A DNA stretch of 63,530 bases, filler included, from Licmophora abbreviata (GCA_900291995.1; 15 parts of 15 records of this genome joined end to end with filler, not necessarily neighbours in it); one strand, 5' to 3'; positions 1-11,724 are shown, counted from the whole stretch's first letter. Numbers and translations: made by a program. The notes: a model not told the origin generated them from the sequence alone.

Positions 1-1
1 G

Positions 2-2360
2 GATGCCGTGCTCCCTACTCCTCGTAGTATTTCCCCGCGCTCCAGAAGCAGCGTCGCTTCGGATCTATCAAGTGCGTCCTCGTCACCATCGTCTGCAAGA
101 CGATCGACTGCGACGTCGGCCATGACGTTTCGATCGAGTGGACATGGTCTTATGAGACGAAAGCAGCGGAACATTCGTGTGCGGCAGCTCCAGGCGGCAC
201 TCAAGCATGGAACACGCACGCCGGCAGGTGTCCGCGGTCGTTCCAAGTACACCTACAACGGCATCTCCTTTGTTGTGAACGATGCTACCAAGCAAGAGAT
301 AACTTCCTACGCTACTCTTTTTGATATTCCCCTTAAAGAGGTGACTCATTGGGACTGGGACCAGCATATTCAAGCGAAAAAGAACATTCAACTGGACGCG
401 CCAAACTATTGCAATAGTCATTCCGTGGTGCTAGTGGATGTGAGCGGATCCATGCGGAACTCCGATGTGCAGGGATCTCGCACGCGTCTTGCGGCTGTTT
501 GGTTCTCGATTGCTGAAGATTTCATCAAGAATCGCATCGATTCTGGCCAGGCGGGTGCGAAAGACGCTATTTCGATCATTCTCATGGGCGACAATGCTAT
601 TCTCCACCCATTCATACACAACGTCCCGACCGACTGGGTGACCTACAACGCCGTCTTGAAGATCTACAAGAGGGGAACCATCACTCCTGCTGGCCACGGT
701 CGTTATCGCCCTGCCTTGGGTCTCGCAGAGACCATCCTTGCTCAGTATTCATCTACCGACTGTTCGCTCCTATTGGCCATCATGTCGGACGGCCGACCGA
801 GTGACGCGGGATTCGATAGAATGTCGTATGGAGCATGCGAAGCGAATCTCGTGCAGTCCATCGCATCTCTTTCCAGTCGACTCGGCAAGCGCTTGACAGT
901 CTCCGCGGTTGGCATGGGCAGCGCCAATCGCTTTGATACTCTCAAGGCCATGACCGACACGGCCAAGGAATACGAAAGCAGTGGATGCTTTCAGCTTCCA
1001 TCCATGTCGTCCAGTAGCATTGGTGCTGCCATTTCCAGTATCGCTACGTCGCTAACGGATTCGCAATCAGCACTCTTCACGATTGATGGAGTTGCTGCGC
1101 GCCCGAAACGCCGGATTCGCGAGGTGGTGCGAGAAAGCAAACGGGCCCTGCCAGCAATCACAGAAGCGGTAAACGATGAAGAGTTTGACATATTTATGGA
1201 ATGCGACGTGGTTCACAAAAGGTGTGTTCATCCTGCTCGCGCTGCCCATACCGAGCTTGTCCGTGTGCCGCGATAGTGCCTTTTCTCTTCTGCACTGAGC
1301 GTATCTTTTGCTCTCCTCGACAGGTTCGATCCCAGTATGGAGGGCACCGAGCCCTTCAGATCTGTCCCTCTGCAGCATCCCGCCGCGCGAGGAGTCGCGA
1401 TTGCCAAGAAAGCCTTCGGGGAAGGGACCGAGCGATTCGCATACCAGTTCTTTGAAGTCGCGGCGGACGGCGTCACGGTGGTTGGCGAGGCCCTCGTCGC
1501 CAAAGAAAGCAAGTACGTCTTGGAATCGGCCGGCAATTCTACCGACGGAATGAAAAAGTTTGTTCGGCGCTTCTGTCGCATTCACCATCAAGCCAACAAG
1601 GCCGCAGAGGCCTTCAACGCCAAAATGGACTCAATCCGCACGCTCGATGCCGACACTGCGCGTGTCTGTTTTCTTCCATGCTCCGTTTACTGTCTCAACG
1701 ATCCGGTCAAGGGCGAAATAGTTGTTGGTGTGGAGCGTCGATTGTTTGGTAACTTTCAGAAATGGAATAGCAACAATGGCGTAAGTACTGCGGCGACTCT
1801 TAGGTGTAACTTGGTCAGTCGACAACGTTTATTCTCTGCTCATCCTTGTCCTCGATCTGTCACCTTGCATGCAGTGGAAGAAATCGCGAAAGAAGAAGCG
1901 AAGCGCCTCGACTAGCACCGAGCAACCACTTGCTCCAATCCCCGAGGAAACCCCGAGTGCGGCGATAAAGGAAGAGGAGAACGATAGATACACGTCACAA
2001 ACGATCAACATCGACATGGGCGACGTTGATCAATCTCTTTTCGTCACTCAAGACGAGGTGGCTCAGGCCTTTTCTCACTTTTCCTACATCTTTGGAGGAC
2101 GGAGATCCCTCATTTGTGACCTCCAAGGCGTATATCACCGACAGCTGCGACAGTTGCACTTCACCGACCCCGTCATTCACTACCACGACGTGTTCAAGGA
2201 AGACAAGAAAGGCCAATATGGGAGGACGGATCGTGGCGAAAAGGGCATTGAAGACTTTGTGGGCTCGCACGAGTGCAACGCACTTTGTGATATTGTATCC
2301 AAGGGCTTCATGACAGTGCAGTCGGAGAAATTGTGGCCGCAGGAGCCTATGCAGCCTTGA
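2..2360 (+). CDS. vWA-domain alpha-kinase (eEF2K/MHCK-type) with N-terminal DUF4258-like segment; possibly 5'-partial; introns 1222-1323 and 1781-1874
   Basis: Three ORFs join in frame through two GT-AG introns. vWA MIDAS DVSGS and IMSDG. Alpha-kinase motifs AFGEGTERFAY, KWNSNNG, QAFSHFSY, ICDLQGV, FTDPVIH, YGRTDRG and C-terminal HECNALC. Confidence 0.88.
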
Positions 2361-2452
2361 TGGGAATGCTACCATTGACTGGTTGGGTGTGTGCGCACAC
2401 CTTAGCAGCTACTGTACTCTATAGTGTGAGGTGTAGTAACAATAGATTGTTG

Positions 2453-3412
2453 TCATGATACAGCTAGCTCACTCATAGAATCGAGGTCCATCTTCTTGTC
2501 GTTTTTTATGCGACCAACCAAACGAGACCAAGTTCCAACATCAAAGCCATAGGATTCAATGCTTCCCTCCGACTCTTGCGCTGACACCTCGGCATAGTGA
2601 CTGTCATCCAGTCCACGTGCTCACCATAAGCAGCCTTGAGGGAGTCAACTTCAGCGGGTCGAATTCCCGACAGGCACAGGAGGCCTCCAGAACGCATGTT
2701 GGAGACAATGGCAGACACCATGGAAGGCCGCACCAACTGTCCCACTAGAATGTTGGCAACACAAATGTCGACCCCGTCAGGCCGACAGAGTCCATACGGG
2801 ATGACTTCTCGCGTATGGAGCCCTTCAAAGCGATCGCCCAAGTCATTACACTCCAAATTACGCGTCGCCGTCAGCAGCGCTTCTGCCTCCACGTCAACTC
2901 CGATCGCTCGAGCTGCTCCCATGTGCAAGGCACCAATGGATAGTATGCCCGAGCCACATCCGTAATCAAGAATGTTCTCGCCTCCCTGAACCACGTCCGG
3001 TCGACAAAGCCATTCAAGGCACAACTTCGTGGTAGGATGTACTCCCGTACCCCATCCATTACGTCCCACCAACAGACGGATGGGGAATGAGGCTTTCGTC
3101 GTCGACGTCTTGTGAGTTGTACGATGCATCCACCGGGAGGATGCGCACATTTCCAATGCACAGGCCATTCGTTGGGAGCGTATCATTTTCGCCAGCCTTA
3201 GAGGTGGACGACGAAGTCACAGTGCTTGAATCTGATTCAAGATTCTCAACTACCCATTCCGTGAGTTTAGGGTTCTGCTGTTGCGCATCGGCGGAGAGTG
3301 ATGGCAAACAACGGCCCGCGTTCGAAATTGAGGCGCGCTGGAGTACCGAAAACGAGTTCACCAAACCTGCGGACCACAGCGCAGCTGCTGCTAGGCTTAC
3401 TATCCTTCTCAT
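2453..3412 (-). CDS. prmA: Ribosomal protein L11 methyltransferase, probably plastid-targeted; two apparent 1-nt homopolymer indels (about 3082-3085 and about 2609)
   Basis: WGTGVHPTT, ILDYGCGSGILSI, GVDVE, CVANIL, LSGI motifs. Signal peptide ends VNS-FSV. Correcting the two indels gives one frame ending WSRLVGR...ELAVS*. Confidence 0.85.
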
Positions 3413-3455
3413 GCTTGACAGTGTACACTGCGTAAAGTGATTCCAAGAAGAAGAG

Positions 3456-3555
3456 NNNNNNNNNNNNNNNNNNNNNNNNNNNNNNNNNNNNNNNNNNNNT
3501 TAATTAATTAANNNNNNNNNNNNNNNNNNNNNNNNNNNNNNNNNNNNNNNNNNNN
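3456..3555. other. Artificial scaffold spacer
   Basis: 44N-TTAATTAATTAA-44N; it hides the 5' half of the SIT gene, so the true gap exceeds 100 nt. Confidence 0.98.
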
Positions 3556-3556
3556 C

Positions 3557-4336
3557 TTCGACGGAAAGACCACCATCTGGTCCTTCTTCCCTGCCGGTGC
3601 CTCTGTTGTCATCTTCTTCGTCCTCTTGTGCGTCGTCGGTATGCTTGAGGGTATGCAGATTGCCTTCTTCGCCGTCGCCAAGGTCACCAAGGAAGAGCGT
3701 GGAGATGCTCGATTCGCCAAGCTTACTTGCGAACTTCTCTTCCGCGGCAAGGCCCACAACCTTTCCGGTTTCATGATTGGTCGTCAGCTCTCTGTTGTAT
3801 CATGCATGTTCTTCGTTGCCCGTATTACTTCCGTCAAGATTGAGGACGGAGAGAGCAACATCTTTGGCGTCTCGGACGGACTTCAGAAGTTCTTCGACAC
3901 TGGCCTCCTCGGTGCTCTCATTGTCACCATTGTTGGTTCCATCGCATGGCAGCTTGTCGCTTCGGCCTTCCCCATTGCCTTCCTGTCCAACCCGTTGGTC
4001 TACATCTTCCTCCGCATCTGTCTTGCCTTGGAGTGGACTGGACTCTGTCATGGAGCCTGGGTCCTTGCCGAGTGCCACAAGAAGATTGCTGGCTTCCAAC
4101 GTGACGAGGTCTACATTGGAACTGCCGAAGAGCGACGCGCCAAGAACATGGAGGACGACGAAGATCAGCTTCATCTCGGAGCTGGCCACATGGTCAAGCT
4201 TCCCGCGTTCGCCGAGAACGCACCCTCCTCGCTACAGGAGCTCATGCAGTCCGATCCTTCCGTTGCCAAGTACATGGAATCAATCCATGACGACAACGAT
4301 GTGGAGGCAGGCAACTCCAAGAGCATGGAAGCCTAA
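3557..4336 (+). CDS. SIT: Diatom silicon transporter (SIT), C-terminal half, 5'-truncated by the gap
   Basis: VVGMLEGMQIAFFAV, FMIGRQL (GXQ motifs), SIAWQLVASAFP, GFQRDEVYIGTAEER; several TM helices; strong C-ending codon bias. Confidence 0.95.
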   Translation, partial: FDGKTTIWSFFPAGASVVIFFVLLCVVGMLEGMQIAFFAVAKVTKEERGDARFAKLTCELLFRGKAHNLSGFMIGRQLSVVSCMFFVARITSVKIEDGESNIFGVSDGLQKFFDTGLLGALIVTIVGSIAWQLVASAFPIAFLSNPLVYIFLRICLALEWTGLCHGAWVLAECHKKIAGFQRDEVYIGTAEERRAKNMEDDEDQLHLGAGHMVKLPAFAENAPSSLQELMQSDPSVAKYMESIHDDNDVEAGNSKSMEA

Positions 4337-5043
4337 ACGCTATTCCATTTCTTGTGTGTGTCCCCACCAGCCGTCGACAAGTCTGTCGATGAATAGTTTT
4401 CTATAAAGGCTCTTGATGTATAGTCTGGTTACAACAAATACAACGTGCAATGCAGTTTTTAGTTCCTTATTATATTAGCTCTACCGTAACGTGATAGAGA
4501 TAGGTTCTCTGGAGTGTAGTGACAAGAACTAAAAAAGGGGTTTGTAGGTTGAATGTGCATGTGTGCCCAGCAGCTTCTTACACGGCTGAACTCTCTGTTT
4601 CACAGTGTGACGACGACGAAAAGGCCATGTGCATGTGCCCAGCAGTATGTCTAATATGAAAAGACTCGATGACCTGCTACCTCGATCGATGTCGACGACG
4701 ACGATTGAACCCATACCGTCCCAAACTCATGGACGAAACAACCTGCGAAACACAACCGTGACTCATGACCCAGTCTGGCTAGCACTCCCTATCGCTCAGT
4801 TGCATGGCGCGAAGTTATTATTTACTCGTAAGACATTCCTCAACACACGTCTGGGATTGGCGGAGCCTGCGATACACCGTCATGGTGGCGGATGGCGGCC
4901 TTTCATGTTTCAAAATTCCGCCGACAGCATCGGCACACGCCAGTGCATCAGAGAGCGCATCTTTGCCAATTCTTATCCAGTAGAGACACCACGCGCGGAC
5001 GACGATAAAAGGGAGTGAAGGGTGGAATAAGCGCGGGAGTGAA

Positions 5044-6166
5044 ATGAAGCCAGAGCTACGCTGCAGCATTATGGTGGCGCTCATCGTGTTGTGCACACGA
5101 CAAGCGGCAGCGTTCTCTGTAGTTCTCCCAACGACTCTCGTTTCAAGCAGTGCTGTCGGAAGACGCTCACTGATTCGATACAGCAGCTCGTCTACAGAAG
5201 ACGATAGAGGAGATCAGTCCTCGTCGACACTCCGTACTGATGGCGACAACGACAAGTTTGCGGCGTTCCGCAACAAGAACAACATTCGAGACCAGGTCTT
5301 CTCCGCCATTTCGGGAAATGGCGGCATCAAAGTGACGGCGGCGACGGTACGAAACTTGGTCAATGACATGATGATCATGCATACCATGACTAGAGTACCG
5401 GCCGATGCGTTGGGACGACTTACGACTTGTAGTTTGCTGCTGAGCAATGGGATGCAGGAAGAACAGACTGTGCAACTCACCGTAAACGGTACGCAATCAT
5501 CCTGTAGCGTGAACCCGCCAAAGATGACTACAGAGTTTCGCTCACTGACATTTCGATTCATACTCTCTCTCTCTCCTCTTCAAATCGCAGGAGACGGGCC
5601 ACTACGTGGTGCCATGGCGATCGCGAGTGGAGCGGGAGGAGTTCGTGGATACGTTGGATCGCCATCGCTGGGCGATATGGATATTCAAGAGGCGGTCGGA
5701 AAGGGAGCGGTACAGGTCGTCAAGAACCATCCCGACTGGCCGAATCCATACAATGGCATAACGGAGATTCGCCACTCCGATATCGATCGCGATGTCGGTG
5801 CGTACACCTTGGTTCATATTTTGAGAGCACACGCCGAAGTCACCGCTCACGTAAAACTAACTGTCGTCTCTTTCTTGTAATAGGCATCTATCTCGCGGAG
5901 AGTGAACAGCGCTCCTGTGCGCTTGCTGCTGCGACGTCGATCCAGGGAATACTTTGCAAGGCTGCTGGAGGATACATGGTCGAGCAGCTGCCTGGCTGTG
6001 ATGCAGAGACGGTCAAGGTGGTCGAACAAAACCTTGCAAAGCTCGTGGAGAAGGATGGCGGGGACAGTATCCCGTCCAATCTGCTCGCTCGTGGGGTGAC
6101 TCCACTAGAAATAACCCAGATTGTGTTGGACGGTCTTGATATGGAGCCGCTACAGCAGATCGATCC
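5044..6166 (+). CDS. hslO: Hsp33 redox chaperone, plastid-targeted, 3'-truncated by the gap; introns 5489-5590 and 5798-5883
   Basis: ALGR..T..LLL, GDGPLRG, VRGYVG, PYNGI, YLAESEQ, AAGGYMVEQLPG; presequence AAA-FSV. The C-terminal Zn domain falls in the gap. Confidence 0.88.
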
Positions 6167-6266
6167 NNNNNNNNNNNNNNNNNNNNNNNNNNNNNNNNNN
6201 NNNNNNNNNNTTAATTAATTAANNNNNNNNNNNNNNNNNNNNNNNNNNNNNNNNNNNNNNNNNNNN
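6167..6266. other. Artificial scaffold spacer
   Basis: 44N-TTAATTAATTAA-44N. Confidence 0.98.
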
Positions 6267-6425
6267 ATAGCGCTGTGATCTCGTTTGCTCCCCGGAACTC
6301 GCAGGAACACTAGCCATTCGAAGGCACTCGCTCTAAATCGTCAACCGGGTAAGCTCACAATATCGATAACAACCACTACCAACTCTTTCCATAATACCCA
6401 AAACTTGACACAAGACACAACCACC

Positions 6426-6941
6426 ATGTCCTCATCTGAAGTAATCTTTGAACTAGCACTGCTCGCTTCCGCATACTTGTGCACGATAACGTTTGGATTC
6501 ATTCTTGTATTTGCCATAGTTATCATGCCAGGTATTGGCGAGTTGGACGACGGAGGATTCCTACGTGCGTTCCAGGCGATAGATGGAATCATTCAACGCA
6601 ATCAACCAGTCTTTGTCTCTGTTTGGATCGGATCCATCATCTCCATCCTTATTGCCTTGGGTTTTGGAATCAATCAACTGGAAGGGGCACAGCGTGCTTT
6701 TCTTATTCTCGCCACAGTCCTCTATATGATTGCTCAAGTCACAACCTTTGCTATCAATGTACCTCTTAACAATCGAGTCAAGGAACTCAACGTCCCATAC
6801 TTGGACGCGACGCACAAGCGAGCCGAGCGTGAGCACTTTGAAAGCTGCTGGAATATGTGGAACGTTTTCCGGACAGTGATTTTCGGCTTTGTCTCTGCCT
6901 ACCTCGTCACTCTATTACTTCTAAGGAATTCTGCATTGTAG
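6426..6941 (+). CDS. DUF1772 / anthrone-oxygenase-family membrane protein
   Basis: Intronless, four hydrophobic helices; FAIVIMPG, FLRAFQAID, NVPLNN, FE..WN.WN.FRT motifs; ATG at 6426 after a CA-rich leader. Confidence 0.8.
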   Translation: MSSSEVIFELALLASAYLCTITFGFILVFAIVIMPGIGELDDGGFLRAFQAIDGIIQRNQPVFVSVWIGSIISILIALGFGINQLEGAQRAFLILATVLYMIAQVTTFAINVPLNNRVKELNVPYLDATHKRAEREHFESCWNMWNVFRTVIFGFVSAYLVTLLLLRNSAL

Positions 6942-7546
6942 AGCTTAATCACAGAGGGTAGTGTTGCTTTATACACACTATAAATGGGAGCACTAGTACG
7001 ATAGAGCTAGTCTAGGCGCAGGTTATCATCGCGTCAATCGCCTTAGAAACCCGGAGACCGTGCGTACTCGGATTTTGCTGACGTCGGATGACACCGGACA
7101 GGTGTCAATTCCTTCGCCAAAAGTTCCGCCCTCCGACAGGTATTCGTTGTTCGAAGTTGCATCTACGGAGAGGTCGAAACACACACACACTGTACATAAA
7201 AGATCGTATGGGTTTTTAATAGCCTATGTTATTTTCAAGTGGGTTCGCGCCCTCCCCGGACATAGAGCGGTTCGCACTGGTTCACAATCATATTCTGGGC
7301 GGGGGAGTGGTTCGATAGCAGGTAATATAGCATGTCTGTAGTCTCTATTGCTTGTGCTCAGTAGCCATAAAAGAATGAGGATCTGGTTCTTGATAGCTTG
7401 TATGTTCATTCAGACATGTAACCTGGACTGCAAAATTTGTCTAGAGTAGCGTAGCGTAGGTCGGTCCAGGTGTGATGTCAGCTTGCTGTCGAGTATTGAC
7501 GGAATATATATGTACAGTTTGACGCCGATAGTCGTACTCGATTTTG

Positions 7547-8056
7547 CTAGGAGCTCTTTCGAAGGCGACCTCCGGCCCATATTGCAGCACGGCGAATAGG
7601 ATTCCTCGGTAGGTCTTGCGGGACAGATTTTGGGGTCGAGCCGATTGGCGTTGAGTCGTTGATGGTGGGCCAGTCGTCTCCAGGAGTCACGAACGAATAG
7701 TCGAGAGGTACACTGTTCACAGAGAGCAGAGAGAAACAACAAGCAGAAGTGTCAGCAATCGTGTCACTTGAAGACATGCACGGCACTTGAAGAGGCAATT
7801 GTACGGCTTACTCTTCGTACACCATTCGGCGCCCGGTGGGATCCAGTTCGTTGTACCATGTCGAGCTGCCAAACGAAAGTGCGTCAGTTGAAAAAGTAGG
7901 GTATGGAATGGACCAAGCCGAAAGCTCTGTCGTCGGTCTACTGACGCCAATCTTCTGGTTGGAAGAGAAACGCGGTGCAAACGCCCTCGCAGGAGAGAGC
8001 GAAAAGACGAAGATGGCCGTTGCGAGTAGGAGAAGGTATGTAGAGGTTGGTTGCAT
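7547..8056 (-). CDS. Small hypothetical protein with bipartite plastid presequence; intron 7713-7811
   Basis: Hydrophobic signal ending ARA-FAP; a GTAAG...AACAG intron joins two ORFs in frame (YE/D-VPLDY). Confidence 0.7.
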
Positions 8057-8724
8057 AATAGCTATGGAAGAATGTGTCGGAGGATGTAATGCAGTGAATG
8101 AAGGTTCGTGCTTGCTGGGAAATTGTGAGCCGATCGCAGTCGAAACAAAGTGCAGACCCAAATTGTGACAGGAATGGTGTCACTCAATCGAAGTCGGATT
8201 ATAGAAATATGTGAGCAACTCAGGCAGCGTTCACTCTTGGGTCGCAACGAGAAAGTGTCACCGAGATTCTCGAGGCCGCAAACTTTGTGACACCGATTTT
8301 CCTTTGGCATGGTGTCACTACGCGGGCTGATGCGCCATAAGTAATGTGCTACTGACGTGACAGAAAACTTGTACAGTTTGATAAGTATTTTGTACGTGGC
8401 ATGACATAGGTTTTCCTTGAAAGTGCGTACTTCGAAACGTGCTCTGATGTCTTTTCGACAAATGTATTATTTATCGCAAGGGTCATCATTCTCTTCACGA
8501 CGGATAGGCTCAGAACCTCAGCAATCGAATGGCGGAGGCACCGAACCGATTGCGACAGCACACCGCAATCAACAGACAGGGTAACAGGGCCTTAGCTTTC
8601 GGCCGCTGTATCCTCTATGGACTTCAAAAGCTATGACTCCTGATCAGCTTTGAATGAACATAGAGTGTACGACTGAATAGCAGGCGCGAGTGGAACTTAA
8701 TTTTGGCTGGCAAGCACGTAGAAA

Positions 8725-9564
8725 ATGTCGGCGTCAACGCTCGCTGCTTGCGTCCGGCGAAGGATTGCTCATGGTGCCGTAGCATCCCTGTCAAGATCAG
8801 AGTCAGGCCTCGCGTCCCGATTGAATACCGGCCCATCTCGAAGTCAGAATATCTCTCGATCCCTTTCGATTGAATCTCGCTTCGCCAAAGTGGACCATTC
8901 AATGGCTTACGAGTCTGCCATGGAAGGAAGGCACGGTCACCAGCTTTCTCTCGCTGCCATTGACGGCTTAGGAAAGGATGACCCGCCGTTCGATCCGTTC
9001 CTCGAATACGAAATGGACCAAGAAGCAGGAGAATTAGGCGAAGACTACGGTTACGACATCGAAGAGGATGAGGACGGGGAGAACGAGGAAGAGCCGCTGT
9101 ACAACAACGACGGGTCGGTTCGATATTCCAAGGCACAGCTGGCGGAGTTTCGTGCGGGTGCACCGGCAGGAGGAATGTTTGCCGTTATCGAGCTTGCTGG
9201 GACACAGCATAAAATCACAATCGACGACGTGATCGTCAACAATAAGCTACGGCCAGTCGAGTCTTATGCTGTGGGCTCCGTTCATACCTTGAACGACGTG
9301 CTCCTCGTGGGATCGTCCCATCTCACTCTTGTCGGTATGCCGACGGTCGCCGGCGCCGAGGTAGATGTCATGGTAGAGGAGATCACCCGTGACGAGAAAG
9401 TGATCGTCTTCAAGAAACGTCGACGGAAGCATTCGAAGCGGAAGAACGGATTCCGACGAGATGTGACGATGCTACGAGTATTAGACATTCGATTGCCCAC
9501 GGGACAACACGGCAAGGATGGCCACTTGCCCCGTACTTCACCCAAGATCGAGGGAGCACGATAG
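8725..9564 (+). CDS. MRPL21: Ribosomal protein bL21, mitochondrial type
   Basis: MFAVIELAGTQHKI, LVGMPTV, KVIVFKKRRRK..KRKNGFRR; Arg/Ser-rich N-terminal presequence. Confidence 0.9.
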   Translation: MSASTLAACVRRRIAHGAVASLSRSESGLASRLNTGPSRSQNISRSLSIESRFAKVDHSMAYESAMEGRHGHQLSLAAIDGLGKDDPPFDPFLEYEMDQEAGELGEDYGYDIEEDEDGENEEEPLYNNDGSVRYSKAQLAEFRAGAPAGGMFAVIELAGTQHKITIDDVIVNNKLRPVESYAVGSVHTLNDVLLVGSSHLTLVGMPTVAGAEVDVMVEEITRDEKVIVFKKRRRKHSKRKNGFRRDVTMLRVLDIRLPTGQHGKDGHLPRTSPKIEGAR

Positions 9565-9697
9565 CGAGAGAATTGGCTCCTCATTGTCCTGCGTTTGATA
9601 CGCTAGCTAAGTATTAGCCCTCAAGCATAAGATAACACAGATGCCATTGAAAGCGTTAGATCTATTCCACCTGGACGCGTCACGTGAGTTCTGTCGC

Positions 9698-11724
9698 TCA
9701 CTCAAACGTAGCTTCGTTGAACTCCTGAGGCTGCGTCATCCGGGCGCTACCAGCTGCCTTGGAGATCTCCAGACTACCGTATTTGGCGTCGACGAGAATC
9801 GCGTCGCCATCAGAGTACTCACCGCGAAGAATTCCTCGCGCGACGACAGTCTCCAGCTNNNNNNNNNNNNNNNNNNNNNNNNNNNNNNNNNNNNNNNNNN
9901 NNTTAATTAATTAANNNNNNNNNNNNNNNNNNNNNNNNNNNNNNNNNNNNNNNNNNNNCGCATTTCTAACATCGGATCTCCATATGCGCCGTCAATGTCG
10001 GATTTGACGGAAAGTCGTTCCATCTCGAGCTGAATGATCTTGCGATCAATCTCGTCGAGCTCTGTTGGCTTGGATGTGAGCTCATTCTTCAATTTGGCGC
10101 ACGCCTCGTCCACCAAATCGATTGCCTTGTCAGGGAGAAAACGATCGGGGATGTAGCGATGACTGAGCTTTGCAGCCGCTAGAAGTGCCTCATCACGGAT
10201 GCGGACACCGTGATGCAACTCGTAGCGGGGCTTGAGTCCACGCAGGATACTAACGGTGTCTTCCGGAGTCGGCTGTTCAATCATGACCTGTTGGAAGCGA
10301 CGCTCCAGCGCCTTATCCTTCTCAATGTACTTGCGGTACTCATCCACCGTCGTCGCGCCGATACAGCGCATCTGCCCTCGTGCCAGTGCAGGCTTCAGCA
10401 AGTTACTCGCGTCCATACTGCCTTGTGCAGACCCAGCGCCGACAAGCGTATGCATCTCGTCCAGAAATATAATTATTTCGCCTTCGCTCTTGGTCACCTC
10501 TTCCACTACGGCCTTGAGACGCTCTTCAAATTCGCCTCTCATGGTAGCCCCGGCAACGAGCGCTCCCAGATCAAGACCGATGAGACGGCAGTTCTGCAAC
10601 GTGTCAGGGACGTCACCATCGATAATTCGCTGCGCAATGCCCTCGGCAACGGCTGTCTTTCCCACGCCTGGGTCACCAATGAGAACTGGACGGAAAGAAA
10701 AATGGAGACGTGAGCGATTGATGAAAAAAGAACACTGGTGTCTAACAGCTCGTGCACGTACCTGGATTGTTCTTCGTTCGACGCGAAAGAATCTGGATCG
10801 CCCGTCGGATCTCGTCGTCTCGTCCAATCACTGGGTCCAACTTCCCTTCTTTCGCTCGTTCAGTAAAGTCTACACCATATTTCAGCAACGCTTCATAATT
10901 GTTCTCGGCACTCCGGGAAATGACGGGTCCAGACTTTTCGCGAAACTGCTTGACCGCACCCAGGACGTCTTCATACTTGACATTCTGCTTGGCTATAGCA
11001 TCGCGAGTGAACATCGTATCTTGCTTGCAGAGGGCAAGTAGTAGCCCCTCTGTCGACACAAACGAATCCTACATGATGGGACCACAAAAGAACGTTAGTA
11101 TAAGCGTCAAAAAGTCCAATACCTGCGTTTCCTCTTTCTAGCGGGTCGCGACTTACCCCAAGTGTAGACTGTGTGCCACGAGCAAAGTCGAGCACGCTCG
11201 ACAAATTCCTTCCCATGACCTTTTGTGCGCTCGTGTCGCTGACCTTGGCCTGCTTGGACAGAAATTTTTCGAGTTCACTACGCATGGCCTTGGTGTCGAC
11301 ACCTGCCTTTTGAAGGCACCTTTCGGCGGCTCGCTTGGCACTCTCGGCAGAGTCACCGGCATTGTGTTTGGCAGGATTCAGAAGGACGTCCAACAAGAGC
11401 GGTGCCTCAATAGTAGTCGTTTCGTAGAAGTCGGCGACCTTTGTGAGCGATCCAATTGCGGCAAAGGCAGCCTCCGTGTACTTGGATTGGTCGAAATCTT
11501 CTGCCGACATGCGCAACGCAGTCGCCGAGTGTCGTGCCGTGAATGAGGGAAGTTGCCGTGAACGAGGAACTCGCGACGACGAACGCTGACGGAGACGTCG
11601 TCGACATAGGATTCTTCAAGCCGACAGAACTCTGGGTAGCGCTAGGAGCAAATGCTGTGCTGGTCACGATGCCATAGGCAACGACCGTCAAGGCAGCCAA
11701 GGCAGTGGGGGTCTTGGGCGTCAT
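9698..11724 (-). CDS. clpB: ClpB/Hsp100 disaggregase, plastid-targeted; spans gap 9859-9958; introns 11069-11156 and 10686-10761; 1-nt indel at about 11547-11549
   Basis: [29 protein letters not shown] (Walker A), [29 protein letters not shown]-terminal [21 protein letters not shown] lies left of the gap. Presequence STA-FAP. Confidence 0.93.
9859..9958. other. Artificial scaffold spacer inside clpB
   Basis: 44N-TTAATTAATTAA-44N; the middle domain and NBD2 of ClpB are missing, so the true gap is much longer than 100 nt. Confidence 0.97.

Noticed and set aside
2453..3412. prmA, clpB and the tandem paralogs as pseudogenes or programmed frameshifts
   Set aside because: Single-base indels in homopolymers with otherwise intact motifs, plus an Ion Torrent-type adapter in the assembly, point to sequencing error.
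4553..4645. Imperfect ~20-nt direct repeat ATGTGCATGT(GT)GCCCAGCAG between SIT and Hsp33
   Set aside because: Only two copies and no supporting structure; function cannot be supported.
7040..7330. GGTTCG motifs and a TGACACC/GGTGTCA hairpin as a tRNA or ncRNA
   Set aside because: No cloverleaf or A/B-box spacing could be built.
10210..11041. Long antisense ORFs over clpB (and similar ones at 27363-28175, 47840-48727, 53389-54051)
   Set aside because: Shadow frames of well-supported genes with no motifs of their own.
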